A stretch of DNA of 25,277 nt, from positions 1-25,277 of the forward strand of contig JBGGMM010000192.1 in the NCBI GenBank assembly GCA_041288045.1. Reading direction: 5' to 3'. The DNA comes from Pseudobdellovibrionaceae bacterium. Lineage in GTDB: Bacteria > Bdellovibrionota > Bdellovibrionia > Bdellovibrionales > Bdellovibrionaceae. Below are positions 1 to 9,265 of the stretch, in pieces. Numbering within the stretch: the first letter of the stretch is position 1; each line of letters opens with the position of its first letter. The notes below the pieces were generated by a model, which was not told where the DNA came from, ran no database searches, and worked only from the letters and a program-made list of their open reading frames with translations. Both the position numbers and the translations under genes were made by a program.

Positions 1-1107
1 TTTCCCACCGGCAATCAAAATGATGTTCTCATCAAAAGAATCGAGAGCCCGCAAAACAGCATGCACATTGGTGGCTTTGGAATCGTTGAAAAATTGCACT
101 CCACCGACTTTGCGAACGTACTCAAGTCGATGTGCCAGACCCGTAAAAGAGTTCATCACTTTTTGAATCGCATCATGAGTCGCCCCGTGCTCGCGAGAGG
201 CGAGAATAGCTGCCATGATATTTTCAACAGAATGCTTTCCGCGCATTTTTACCTGAGAAATGTCATAGACCTCGATCTCAGGACCTGTACGCACTCGAAC
301 TTCTTTACCGATATTGACGGCTCCACCGATGTTCATGATCTGTGGCTCCAATGTCGACTTGCGAGAGAAATAAAAAATGCGCCCGCGCTGAACAGCTGGA
401 TCTCGAGCCAACTCAACAACTGCATTGTCATCGGCATTTAAAATGCTGGTGGTCGCTTGATTGGTGTTCTTGAAAATGCGGCGTTTGGCATTGACGTAAT
501 CTTCCATGGATCGATAGCGATCCAAATGATTTTCAGCCAAATTCATAAAAAGAATATTTTGCGGAGTGAAAGTCTCACAGAGCTCCAGCATGTAGCTGGA
601 GACTTCGGCAATAACCACCTGAGATTTTTCTTCGCTTCGCAAGTAATCGGTCATTGGTACGCCCATGGAACCGCCCACCCAGCAAGAGATTCCTGATTCT
701 TTCAAGAATGCTTCAATCAAACGAGCTGTGGTCGTTTTTCCATTGGTTCCAGTCAAAGCAATGACCGGCTGCTTGATGAACTGAGTGGCAAATTCAAACT
801 CGCCAGTGATTTTGATTCCCTGAGAGCGAGCATAATCAAAAATCTTCAAACCAGAAGGCACACCCGGACTGAGGATCACCAGATCCTGAGCCAGGAAAGT
901 TTTCGGACTGTGACCGCCCAAATCCAATTTCACCGGCAAATCGCCCAACTGCTCGAGCTGAGTGGACAGCTCGGGTTTTGATTTGTGATCGGTCAAGGTC
1001 ACTTGTGCGCCGTGAGTGTGCAGAAACTTGGCCAGTGAAACCCCGGTTTTGCCCAGGCCCACGACCAAGATTTTTTTATCCTTTAATTCCGAAACGTCTG
1101 TAAACAT
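1..1107 (-). CDS. murD: UDP-N-acetylmuramoyl-L-alanine--D-glutamate ligase (3' end outside the window)
   Basis: Not in the ORF track because there is no stop in the window. Manual translation from ATG 1107: MFTDVSELKDKKILVVGLGKTG...VILSPGVP...IALTGTNGKTTT...ENIILIAGGK. GGAGA RBS upstream; directly follows mraY. Confidence 0.96.
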   Translation of the reverse strand, partial: MFTDVSELKDKKILVVGLGKTGVSLAKFLHTHGAQVTLTDHKSKPELSTQLEQLGDLPVKLDLGGHSPKTFLAQDLVILSPGVPSGLKIFDYARSQGIKITGEFEFATQFIKQPVIALTGTNGKTTTARLIEAFLKESGISCWVGGSMGVPMTDYLRSEEKSQVVIAEVSSYMLELCETFTPQNILFMNLAENHLDRYRSMEDYVNAKRRIFKNTNQATTSILNADDNAVVELARDPAVQRGRIFYFSRKSTLEPQIMNIGGAVNIGKEVRVRTGPEIEVYDISQVKMRGKHSVENIMAAILASREHGATHDAIQKVMNSFTGLAHRLEYVRKVGGVQFFNDSKATNVHAVLRALDSFDENIILIAGGK

Positions 1108-1130
1108 ATGTTCTCCAAAAAGAGAGTTAA

Positions 1131-2207
1131 TTATCTCAGTTTCAATGTGCTCAGTGAAAGAATGGCCAGCAGAATGGAAATGATCCAGAAACGCACGATG
1201 ATTTTCGTTTCGGTCAATCCCTTCAATTCAAAGTGATGATGAATCGGCGCCATTTTGAAAATCCGCTTACCTGTGGTCTTAAATGAAATCACCTGGGTGA
1301 TCACCGACAGAGCTTCGACAACGAAAACTCCGCCCAAAACCAGCATCAAAATTTCGTTCTGGGTGATGACGGCCATGATGCCGAGAAATCCGCCTAAGCT
1401 CAAAGATCCTACATCACCCATGAAAACCTGTGCGGGATAAGTGTTGTACCAAAGAAATCCCATCCCGGCGGCGACAATGGTGGCAGCCACAGGAGTCAGC
1501 TCGCCAGCCCCCACGACGTGCGGAATTTGCAAATAGCCGGCAATTGCGTAGTGACCTGTCACATAAGCAAAAAGACCCAAGGTCGCCGCCGACACCATGA
1601 CTGGAACAATTGCCAAACCATCCAATCCATCCGTGAGATTGACGGCATTGGCAGTGCCAACCACAACCAAAGAGCCAAACACCGGATAGAGAAGTCCTAA
1701 ATCCAAAGCCACAGTTTTGAAAAAAGGAACCGACAGCTGAGTGGGAAGTTGAAACCATTCATTCAAAGCGTAAATGACGAGACCTGAAATGAGGAACTCA
1801 CCGAGCAAGCGGACTTTTCCAGAAAGTCCCTTGGTGTTTTTTTTGCTGACCTTCAACCAATCATCAATGTAACCGATGGCCCCAAAACCCCAAGTGATCG
1901 CCAGCACTCCCCAGACAAAGGGATTCGTCACATCCACCCACAGCAGACAGGGAATCAAAGTGGACAGCAGAATCAATCCTCCACCCATGGTGGGAGTTCC
2001 GGCTTTTTTCTGATGCGACTGAGGACCGTCATCACGAATGGCTTGACCAATTTGATAATCTTTTAGGCGGCGAATGAAATAAGGTCCCCACATCCAGCAA
2101 AGCAAAAATGCTGTGAAGAAGGCGATAAAGGTTCGAACTGTGATGTAACGAAAAACATTAAATGCCGAAACTTGATCGGCAAACGAATACAGGAGTTGAT
2201 AAAGCAT
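1131..2207 (-). CDS. mraY: Phospho-N-acetylmuramoyl-pentapeptide transferase
   Basis: [32 protein letters not shown] and MAPIHHHFE motifs; polytopic membrane protein; dcw context. Confidence 0.98.
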   Translation of the reverse strand: MLYQLLYSFADQVSAFNVFRYITVRTFIAFFTAFLLCWMWGPYFIRRLKDYQIGQAIRDDGPQSHQKKAGTPTMGGGLILLSTLIPCLLWVDVTNPFVWGVLAITWGFGAIGYIDDWLKVSKKNTKGLSGKVRLLGEFLISGLVIYALNEWFQLPTQLSVPFFKTVALDLGLLYPVFGSLVVVGTANAVNLTDGLDGLAIVPVMVSAATLGLFAYVTGHYAIAGYLQIPHVVGAGELTPVAATIVAAGMGFLWYNTYPAQVFMGDVGSLSLGGFLGIMAVITQNEILMLVLGGVFVVEALSVITQVISFKTTGKRIFKMAPIHHHFELKGLTETKIIVRFWIISILLAILSLSTLKLR

Positions 2208-2214
2208 GTTGTGT

Positions 2215-3645
2215 TCAGTCTTCTTTCTTCAGTGAAAAATCCACGGGATCGCAAGCCATCACAAAGCGTTCCAGCTTCATTCCTCGTGAGCCCTTCACGA
2301 GAACCGTATCGTGCTCATTTAGCATAGAGGCGACATCAGATGCAAGTGATTCTTCATAAACATTTGATATCATTGATTTTTTTGAATATTGAGAAGCTTT
2401 CAATCCAGCTTCAAAAGACTGTGAATCTGCACCGTAAAACCAGACAAGATCAAATCCCGATCGGCCGACTTTTTCACCCAATTCGCGGTGCAGCTGAGCC
2501 GAGAGATCGCCGAGCTCCAGCATTTCAGCGAAAACTCCCACTTTTTTGCCGGAAGTTTTGAGCAGTTTGACGTTTTCCAAAAGAGCGCTCATGCTATCAG
2601 GGTTGGCATTGTAAGCATCAAACAAAAGTTCCGCTCCGGATTTCAAATGCACCAACTGATTGCGACCCCAATTGGTTTTGCATTTTTCAAGTGCAGGCCA
2701 AATTTGCACAGGAGTCATGCCGCTAGCAAGTCCAATGCTCGCCGCCACCATCAGGTTCACCAGATTTTGTTCGCCAAAGACATTCACTTTGGCTTTTCCT
2801 GAAACTCCGCTGATTTGGCCCTTCAGTTGAATCGAAGACATCGTGAGCACTTCGATTTGAAAAAACACATCGGCTTTGGGATCGAGGCTTGAGAAAGTCA
2901 GAATTTTTTGAGCTAGCGGAAATTCTTTTTTGGCTTTGGCGTGCATGCGAGCAGTGAAAGGATTGTCCAGATTGTAAATTCGAATCGCTTCTGGCTTTGC
3001 AAATTGATAGATCTCCTCTTTGGCTTCAGCGATTTTTTCGATTGTGCCAAAATGCTCGATGTGGGCCCGGCCCACCATGGAAACCACAACCACGTCAGGT
3101 TCAGCAATTTCACACAGTCTTTGAATTTCACCTGAATGATTCATTCCCATTTCAATCAAGCTCACTTGTGAACCCGCCGGCTCGGCTAAAAGAGTGAAAG
3201 GAACTCCCCAATGATTGTTGAAGCTGCCTTTTGGGAAATGGACTTTGCGTGCCGTCGAGAGAACTGCAGCCGAAAATTCTTTGCTGGTGGTTTTGCCATT
3301 GGATCCAGTGATACCGACAATCAGCGAGGGACTTTTGCGGCGAGAATACAGGGCGAAATCCTGCAAAGCTTGCAAAGTGTTTGGCACCAGAATCACAGTG
3401 ACTTTTTTCTTGAGAGCTTCCAGCTCGGGCCTGGCTTCATGAACGACCAGAGCGGCGGCACCTTTGTCCACAGCTTGAGAGAGAAACTGGTGAGCATCAA
3501 AGCTTTCGCCTTGAAGAGCGAAGAAAAGCTGTCCCTTGAGGTCGGCACGAGTGTCGCTGCCGACGGCTTGAAAATTTTTTTCTTTTTCTGAGAGCAATTG
3601 CCCTTTTGTCGCTTGCAGGACATCTGTCAAAGTGATGGGTGTCAT
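2215..3645 (-). CDS. murF: UDP-N-acetylmuramoyl-tripeptide--D-Ala-D-Ala ligase
   Basis: [11 protein letters not shown]-loop, [42 protein letters not shown]. Confidence 0.97.
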   Translation of the reverse strand: MTPITLTDVLQATKGQLLSEKEKNFQAVGSDTRADLKGQLFFALQGESFDAHQFLSQAVDKGAAALVVHEARPELEALKKKVTVILVPNTLQALQDFALYSRRKSPSLIVGITGSNGKTTSKEFSAAVLSTARKVHFPKGSFNNHWGVPFTLLAEPAGSQVSLIEMGMNHSGEIQRLCEIAEPDVVVVSMVGRAHIEHFGTIEKIAEAKEEIYQFAKPEAIRIYNLDNPFTARMHAKAKKEFPLAQKILTFSSLDPKADVFFQIEVLTMSSIQLKGQISGVSGKAKVNVFGEQNLVNLMVAASIGLASGMTPVQIWPALEKCKTNWGRNQLVHLKSGAELLFDAYNANPDSMSALLENVKLLKTSGKKVGVFAEMLELGDLSAQLHRELGEKVGRSGFDLVWFYGADSQSFEAGLKASQYSKKSMISNVYEESLASDVASMLNEHDTVLVKGSRGMKLERFVMACDPVDFSLKKED

Positions 3646-5129
3646 AGCAGAAGCTCCTTGGCAGTTTCAAAATCGCTGAAATGAATTTTTTCTTTGCCGA
3701 TGATTTGATAATCTTCATGACCTTTGCCCGCGATTAAAATCACGTCGTGTGGCTTGGCCATTTTAAAAACTGTTTCGATTGCTTTTTTGCGATCGACTTG
3801 CATTTCGACTCGTTTTTTTCTTTCGCTTTCAGTGAAGCCATCCATGATATCGTTGATGATGGCATAAGGGTCTTCGGTCCTTGGATTGTCCGAAGTCACC
3901 ATGACAAAATCAGAAAGCCGAATGGCGATTTCGGCCATTTGTGGTCTTTTGCCTTTGTCGCGATCACCGCCGCAACCAAAAATCGTCCAAATCTGTGAAT
4001 GGGATTTCAGATCTGTGCGCACTTTGTTGAGAGCTTTCAGCACATTTTCAAGGGCGTCCGGCGAGTGAGCGTAATCCACGAACACATGCAAAGAGCGCGA
4101 ATTGGGGACCAGTTGCAATCGGCCCGGGACTCCATGAAAACGAGTCAGTGCTTCTAAAGACTGTCGAATCGGAATTCCAATGGTGCTCGCAGCGATGGCG
4201 GCGGCAACCGCATTGGCGACGTTGTGGGTTCCGCACATCGGAAGAAAGGATTGGTAATCACTGAGCGGAGTTTTCAAAATGAAATCGGTGCGATTGAAAT
4301 CCATGCGTTGGATCTCATAGCGAAAGTCGGCGTTTTTTTTGGTCCCATAAGTCCACAAACTGGCCGAAGCCGCCACTCGCATTTTGGCTCCCCAGGGGTC
4401 ATCGCTATTGACAATGGCAAAATGCGGATTCTTTCGGGAATTCCACAAAAGATCCGTGAAAAGTTTCTGCTTGGCCTGAAAATAATCCTTCATGCTCTCG
4501 TGATAATCCAAATGATCGCGACTGAGATTGGTGAAAATCACAGTGTTGAAATGAACTCCATCGGCCCGCGCCTGATCCAGAGCGTGACTTGATATTTCCA
4601 TGGCCACGGCTTTGGCTCCCGCTTCTTTCATTTCACGCAGGCGTTTTTGCAAAGAGACCGCATCGGGAGTTGTCAGGTTCGTGGGCCAGACTTGTGAGCC
4701 CAAATGATGGTTGATGGTGCCAAGCACTCCGCAAGGAAAACGGAATTTTTCTAAAATGGCTTCTAACAAATAAGTCACCGAAGTTTTGCCATTGGTTCCA
4801 GTCACTCCAAAGCAAGCCATTTCCATGGAAGGATGCTGGTAAAATTGAGAGGCCAAGAGATCCAAAGCTTCTCTTGAGCCCTTCACTTTTTGCACAAAGC
4901 CAGTGAAATTGGCGGGAACGAGGTCTTCTCTTTCTACGACCAGAGCGATGGCTCCAGCGGCACAGGCTTCATTGAGAAACTGATGCCCATCCCAGCTCGT
5001 TCCTGGCACTGCCACGAAAACCGAACCCAAGTGAACCTGCCTTGCATCATGAGTCAGCGAAAGAACTTCCACTTCCGGTGCAGAAGATTGATATTCAGGC
5101 AAAATTTTGAGAAGCTCTGGCAGTTTCAA
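3642..5129 (-). CDS. murE: UDP-N-acetylmuramoyl-L-Ala-D-Glu--meso-DAP ligase
   Basis: GVTGTNGKT, NLSRDHLDYH, VDYAHSPDAL, FGCGGDRD, DNPR (meso-DAP specificity motif) and AGKGHE. TTG start with GAGGA RBS; overlaps the murF start. Confidence 0.97.
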   Translation of the reverse strand: MKLPELLKILPEYQSSAPEVEVLSLTHDARQVHLGSVFVAVPGTSWDGHQFLNEACAAGAIALVVEREDLVPANFTGFVQKVKGSREALDLLASQFYQHPSMEMACFGVTGTNGKTSVTYLLEAILEKFRFPCGVLGTINHHLGSQVWPTNLTTPDAVSLQKRLREMKEAGAKAVAMEISSHALDQARADGVHFNTVIFTNLSRDHLDYHESMKDYFQAKQKLFTDLLWNSRKNPHFAIVNSDDPWGAKMRVAASASLWTYGTKKNADFRYEIQRMDFNRTDFILKTPLSDYQSFLPMCGTHNVANAVAAAIAASTIGIPIRQSLEALTRFHGVPGRLQLVPNSRSLHVFVDYAHSPDALENVLKALNKVRTDLKSHSQIWTIFGCGGDRDKGKRPQMAEIAIRLSDFVMVTSDNPRTEDPYAIINDIMDGFTESERKKRVEMQVDRKKAIETVFKMAKPHDVILIAGKGHEDYQIIGKEKIHFSDFETAKELLL

Positions 5130-5168
5130 ATTTGATCCTCATAGTAGGGTGAGAAAGAAAGTGATCCC

Positions 5169-5870
5169 ATGCGAAAATTAGGACCGATCCAATGCCTCGA
5201 AGCTCATCCTAAGGTTGAACCCAAAGAGGGTCAACAACCACTGACTTTCCTTCTCTTTCATGGCTACGGCGCAGATGCCTACGATTTGAAATCATTGGCA
5301 GAGGTCATTCAAACTCCGACACCGACCCATTTTCTATTTCCGCAAGGAGTTCTCGAAGTCCCCATCGGTCCCGGCTGGACCGGCCGCGCTTGGTGGCCCA
5401 TCGACATCATGGCTTTGCAAGAAGCCGCCCTCCGAGGCGAACCGCGGGATCTTTCTCGCGAGACCACTCCAGGAATTGGCGAGCTTCGAAAAAAAGTTTT
5501 CGCGGCCATCGAAAGCCTGAAAACTCCATGGAATCAAATCATCCTCGGTGGCTTCAGCCAAGGAGCGATGCTGGCCACGGATATTTTCCTGAATGCTCCC
5601 GAAAATCCGCGGGCATTGGTCAGTCTGTCAGGCGCGCTCGTCAACAAAGACGAATGGAAGGCTTTGATCCCTCGTCGAGCTGGAGTTCCCTTCTTTGCCA
5701 GCCACGGAAAAATGGACGCTGTTTTGGACCACCGCTGTTCCGCCCAGCTTGAGACTTTCCTCACCCAAGCCGGAATGAAGGGAAAGCTTTTCAGCTTCAA
5801 CGGCGCTCACGAAATTCCAATGGAAGCAATTGTGCGGCTCAATGAATTTTTGAAGGACGTCGCCAAATAA
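5169..5870 (+). CDS. Alpha/beta-hydrolase, phospholipase/carboxylesterase family
   Basis: FHGYGA oxyanion loop, GGFSQGA nucleophile elbow, HGKMD (Asp) and GAHEI (His) give a complete triad; no signal peptide. Confidence 0.9.
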   Translation: MRKLGPIQCLEAHPKVEPKEGQQPLTFLLFHGYGADAYDLKSLAEVIQTPTPTHFLFPQGVLEVPIGPGWTGRAWWPIDIMALQEAALRGEPRDLSRETTPGIGELRKKVFAAIESLKTPWNQIILGGFSQGAMLATDIFLNAPENPRALVSLSGALVNKDEWKALIPRRAGVPFFASHGKMDAVLDHRCSAQLETFLTQAGMKGKLFSFNGAHEIPMEAIVRLNEFLKDVAK

Positions 5871-5872
5871 GA

Positions 5873-5919
5873 CGGATCAGTTGTGGCGTTCAGAAAACGC
5901 TGCGGCATTTGCTGATCCG
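5873..5919. terminator. Imperfect hairpin between the convergent hydrolase and ftsI genes (possible bidirectional terminator or REP-like element)
   Basis: CGGATCAG (5873-5880) pairs with CTGATCCG (5912-5919); inner stem TTGTGGCGTT/AACGCTGCGG with G-U pairs. No clear U-tract. Confidence 0.4.
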
Positions 5920-5943
5920 AACCAGCTCCTCAGTCCGTCGCGC

Positions 5944-8001
5944 TTACTGAGCGTCAGGTTCCGGCTTCAAAATCAAAGTCAGCCGTTTATTCGAAGGCAT
6001 TGGGCTTCCGGGAGCTGGAATGACTTCGGAAATCAAACCCGAACCCCGCACCTTCACTTGCATGTTTTGACTTGAAAGCTGGCGAAGGGCTTCTCGCAAA
6101 GACATGTGAGTCAAATCTGGAACCACTTCATCCATTTCTGGATAAGGTGTTTGTGCCAGATCTGTGGCCGTCAGGATTTGTTGAGACGGCAGAATCGGAT
6201 CTTTTAAATTCTTCATCTGCAGCTTGGTCTCTTTGCTGAGAGCGATTTCCCGCTTCTTTTTCTTTTTTCGCGAGATGGGGTCGCCCAAAGTTTTATCGAT
6301 GAAATTCTTTTCAGTCAGCAGAACAGGTGCGATTCCTTCACGGCGGACGGCGTAGGAGGCCAGCTTTGAAAAAAGTGGAGCTGCCACTTGCGAACCGTAG
6401 TAAGAATTTTTCTTTGGATGATCGATCATCACGTAAATCACAAATTTGGGATCCGTGGCTGGGATAAAACCGGCAAAGCTTGAAACATAGGCACCTTCAA
6501 GGTAGCCAACGCCTTTGGGATTTACTTTCTGAGCTGTTCCGGTTTTCCCAGCAACGAGAAAACCATCGACTTTCGCATTCACGCCAGTTCCACCAGGAGC
6601 CGTCACACCAGTGAGCATCATTCGGACACTCGCTGCATCTTCTGGTGAAAGAACTCGTCTTTGTGCTTTGGTTTCAAATTCTTTGGTCTCACCAGTTTCT
6701 GGATCTCGAATGGCTTGGACGATGTAGGGGGTGTTGAGGACTCCACCATTGGCGATGGCCGCGTAGGCATTTGCCAATTGCAGGGCAGTGACGGCAATTC
6801 CATGACCGAAAGAAATATTCGCGAGCAAATGCGGCCGCCATGGCAAGGGCTGCATCAGGCCTCTGGAATCCCCGGGGAGATCCACGCCAGTTTTTTGACC
6901 GAAGCCAAAATCGCTCAAGCCTTTTTTCAAAGACTCGGGGCCCAGATCAAAAGCAATTTTCGTAGTCCCGATATTAGAGGAATAAGTCAGGATGTCAGAC
7001 ACCGAAAGATTCTGCCATTTTTCATGGATTTCAGCTTCTCGAATGACTCGGTCGCCGACTTTGAAGACTCCGTTTTCGGTGTTGTATTTGGTGTTGGGCT
7101 GAATGATTTTTTCTCGCAGAGCCGCAGCGATCACAAATGTCTTCAGAGTGCTGCCGGGCTCAAAGGCATCAGTCACAGCCCGATTTCTCCGAAGTTCTGG
7201 TTTCATTTTCTGAGCTCGGTTGGCGTCAAAGCTTGGAGCTGAAGAAATCGCCAGAACCGCCGACGTCTTCGCATCCAGAATAATTCCCATGGCGTTATCG
7301 GCATCAAATTCTGAAATCGTTTGATTGAGCTCTGTTTGCAAAACGTGTTGCAAATCTGCATCGACAGTCAATTTGATTTCAGCTCCGTCTGGATTTTCAG
7401 CAAACATCAAACCATCGGCGATCAGCGGCCGGCCGCGAGCATCCCTGCGGACAGTGACTTTCTTTTTATTTCCCTGCAAGGCTTGATCGAAAGAAAGCTC
7501 CAGCCCTTCAAGGCCCTGCCCTTCTTGCCCGACAAAGCCAATCACTTGTGAGAGCAGATTTTCATTGGGATAAACGCGCTTGAACTCTTCAACCATCTGC
7601 AGCCCTTTGATGTTGAGAGTTTTCAGTTGAGCCGTTTTTTCCTCTGAAAGAAATCTTTGGATCCAGATAAAGCGGCGATTTTTGTCTTTGATTTTCCCGT
7701 AAATATTTTCAGCTGACATTCCCAAAATGGGAGCCAGCTTGCGAGACACCCATTTTTTGCTGTCCAAAATTTTTGGATCTGCATAGAGAGAATAAACCTT
7801 GGTGGAAAGTGCCAGCTCTCGACCCTTGCGATCGACAATCGCGCCCCGACGGCTTTGCAAAGTGATCACAGTTTCAAATTGTCGGGATTTCAAAACTTCC
7901 AAGCGCTCATTGGGGAAAACCTGCAGGACCGAAGCTCGCAAAATGAGAATTCCCCACAGGACGACGAGGCCTGAGAACAAAATGACGATTCGGCTTTTCA
8001 A
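5944..8001 (-). CDS. ftsI: Class B penicillin-binding protein (PBP3) with C-terminal PASTA domain
   Basis: N-terminal TM, RGAIVDR, EPGSTLK (SxxK), SSN (SxN), GKTGTAQ, and a C-terminal VVPDLTHMSLREA... PASTA-like repeat. TTG start overlaps the upstream stop. Confidence 0.95.
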   Translation of the reverse strand: MKSRIVILFSGLVVLWGILILRASVLQVFPNERLEVLKSRQFETVITLQSRRGAIVDRKGRELALSTKVYSLYADPKILDSKKWVSRKLAPILGMSAENIYGKIKDKNRRFIWIQRFLSEEKTAQLKTLNIKGLQMVEEFKRVYPNENLLSQVIGFVGQEGQGLEGLELSFDQALQGNKKKVTVRRDARGRPLIADGLMFAENPDGAEIKLTVDADLQHVLQTELNQTISEFDADNAMGIILDAKTSAVLAISSAPSFDANRAQKMKPELRRNRAVTDAFEPGSTLKTFVIAAALREKIIQPNTKYNTENGVFKVGDRVIREAEIHEKWQNLSVSDILTYSSNIGTTKIAFDLGPESLKKGLSDFGFGQKTGVDLPGDSRGLMQPLPWRPHLLANISFGHGIAVTALQLANAYAAIANGGVLNTPYIVQAIRDPETGETKEFETKAQRRVLSPEDAASVRMMLTGVTAPGGTGVNAKVDGFLVAGKTGTAQKVNPKGVGYLEGAYVSSFAGFIPATDPKFVIYVMIDHPKKNSYYGSQVAAPLFSKLASYAVRREGIAPVLLTEKNFIDKTLGDPISRKKKKKREIALSKETKLQMKNLKDPILPSQQILTATDLAQTPYPEMDEVVPDLTHMSLREALRQLSSQNMQVKVRGSGLISEVIPAPGSPMPSNKRLTLILKPEPDAQ

Positions 8002-8291
8002 TTGAGCTCCCGCGAACGTGATGAAGTCATTTGTTGCGCCCCTGAGAGATGGATGATTTGGCTTGCTTGCACTTTTTTAAGAGTGAATCTTCTCTGAGCC
8101 ATATTTTCCACGTGCTGGGGACGAGTCACTTTCGCGAGCTGCATGACTTTGTCTCGCTTTTCATCAACAATTTGACGTTGTTCGCGGGTCAGCTTGAGGA
8201 TTCCATAACCAAGGCGGCGTTCTTCCATTTGCAGAAAGACCAATGTAAAAAGAGTCCCAATAATGAGAAGAATACTTACGAATGGCTTCAC
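7998..8291 (-). CDS. ftsL: Small bitopic coiled-coil protein, probable FtsL
   Basis: 97 aa; N-terminal TM followed by a heptad-like charged helix; canonical position between rsmH and ftsI; GAGGTGAGG RBS before GTG. Call rests on synteny and architecture. Confidence 0.7.
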   Translation of the reverse strand: MKPFVSILLIIGTLFTLVFLQMEERRLGYGILKLTREQRQIVDEKRDKVMQLAKVTRPQHVENMAQRRFTLKKVQASQIIHLSGAQQMTSSRSRELN

Positions 8292-8302
8292 GATGCCTCA
8301 CC

Positions 8303-9208
8303 TCAGCTGCGGTTGGATCGTTCAAAAACGCGGAGCTTGGCACTGCGGGCTCGTGGATTCTCTTTCGCTTCATTCCATTCAGCTTGAATCACTTTTTTAT
8401 TCACGATGGAGCCCGCATCCATGGTCTCCGCAAGTTCTTTGAACTTGTTCTTTACGATTCTATCTTCAAGTGAATGAAATGTCAGGACAGCGAGACGCCC
8501 TTTGGACTTCAGTCCATGTGCCAAGTTTTCAAGAGAGTTTTCCACAACTTCCAGTTCGCGATTGACCTGCAGACGAAGCGCCAAGAAATACTGAGTGGCA
8601 GGATGATGACCTTTGCGATGCCAGCCCTCCACTCTCTCGATGAGACCCGCCAGATCCCTCGTGTTGAGAAAGGGTTTCTCTCCCCGATCGTGCACGATAG
8701 CTCGGGTCACACGGTAAGGTCTTTGAACTTCGCCAAGAGTTTTGAAAAGTTCGTTGAGCTCCTCTTCTGAAAATTCGCGAATGATGTCGGCAGCCGTTGG
8801 TCCAGTCGAGTTGTTCATCCGCATATCCAGCGGACCTTCATGATAAAAACTGAAACCTCTGAGACCTTGGTCCAGTTGAGGAGAGCTCACTCCCAAATCC
8901 AAAAGCATCAGATCGAAGCTCCCGAATTTTTCAGCCGTGTATTCAGAAAAATTTCCGTGATGCAGCTGCAATCGGCCAATCGCAATCCACTCGGAAAAAT
9001 TCTCTCTGGCATAGGCAATCGCCTCGGGATCCTGATCAAACGCGAGAGCACTGACTTGTGGATATTTCTCGAGCAGAGCACGCAAGTGGCCGCCTCTTCC
9101 GAAAGTTCCATCAAGATATCTTAACGGAAGATCGGGCTGTGCTTCGACAGTTGGAGCGAGCATGCTGAGAACTTGATTCAAAAGAACCGGCAGATGAGGT
9201 GCATTCAT
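8303..9208 (-). CDS. rsmH: 16S rRNA m4C1402 methyltransferase (MraW)
   Basis: HLPVLL, YLDGTFGRGGH, DLGVSSPQLD, RGFSF, PLDMRM, TFHSLEDRIVK, NPRARSAKLR. Start moved from 9265 to ATG 9208, which matches the family N-terminus (MNAPHLPVLL) and lies downstream of a predicted promoter. Confidence 0.96.
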   Translation of the reverse strand: MNAPHLPVLLNQVLSMLAPTVEAQPDLPLRYLDGTFGRGGHLRALLEKYPQVSALAFDQDPEAIAYARENFSEWIAIGRLQLHHGNFSEYTAEKFGSFDLMLLDLGVSSPQLDQGLRGFSFYHEGPLDMRMNNSTGPTAADIIREFSEEELNELFKTLGEVQRPYRVTRAIVHDRGEKPFLNTRDLAGLIERVEGWHRKGHHPATQYFLALRLQVNRELEVVENSLENLAHGLKSKGRLAVLTFHSLEDRIVKNKFKELAETMDAGSIVNKKVIQAEWNEAKENPRARSAKLRVFERSNRS

Positions 9209-9217
9209 GAGCTCACC

Positions 9218-9246
9218 AAAATAAAGAGCTTTGAGTTTCACGTCAA
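9218..9246 (-). promoter_or_regulatory. Sigma70-like promoter for the rsmH/dcw genes
   Basis: Minus strand TTGACG-17 nt-TATTTT, ending 9 nt before ATG 9208. Confidence 0.6.
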
Positions 9247-9259
9247 TGCTGGTTAGCAT
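9231..9259 (+). promoter_or_regulatory. Sigma70-like promoter for the Zn-ribbon/upp/hpt genes
   Basis: TTGAGT (9231-9236)-17 nt-TAGCAT (9254-9259), 6 nt before ATG 9266; no SD sequence. Confidence 0.6.
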
Positions 9260-9265
9260 ATCCAT

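Noticed and set aside
61..696. Plus-strand ORFs 61-441 and 457-696
   Set aside because: Antisense shadows of murD, which occupies 1-1107 on the minus strand.
9209..9265. N-terminal extension of rsmH to 9265
   Set aside because: It would leave no gap before the divergent gene and covers both predicted promoters; the family N-terminus begins at 9208.
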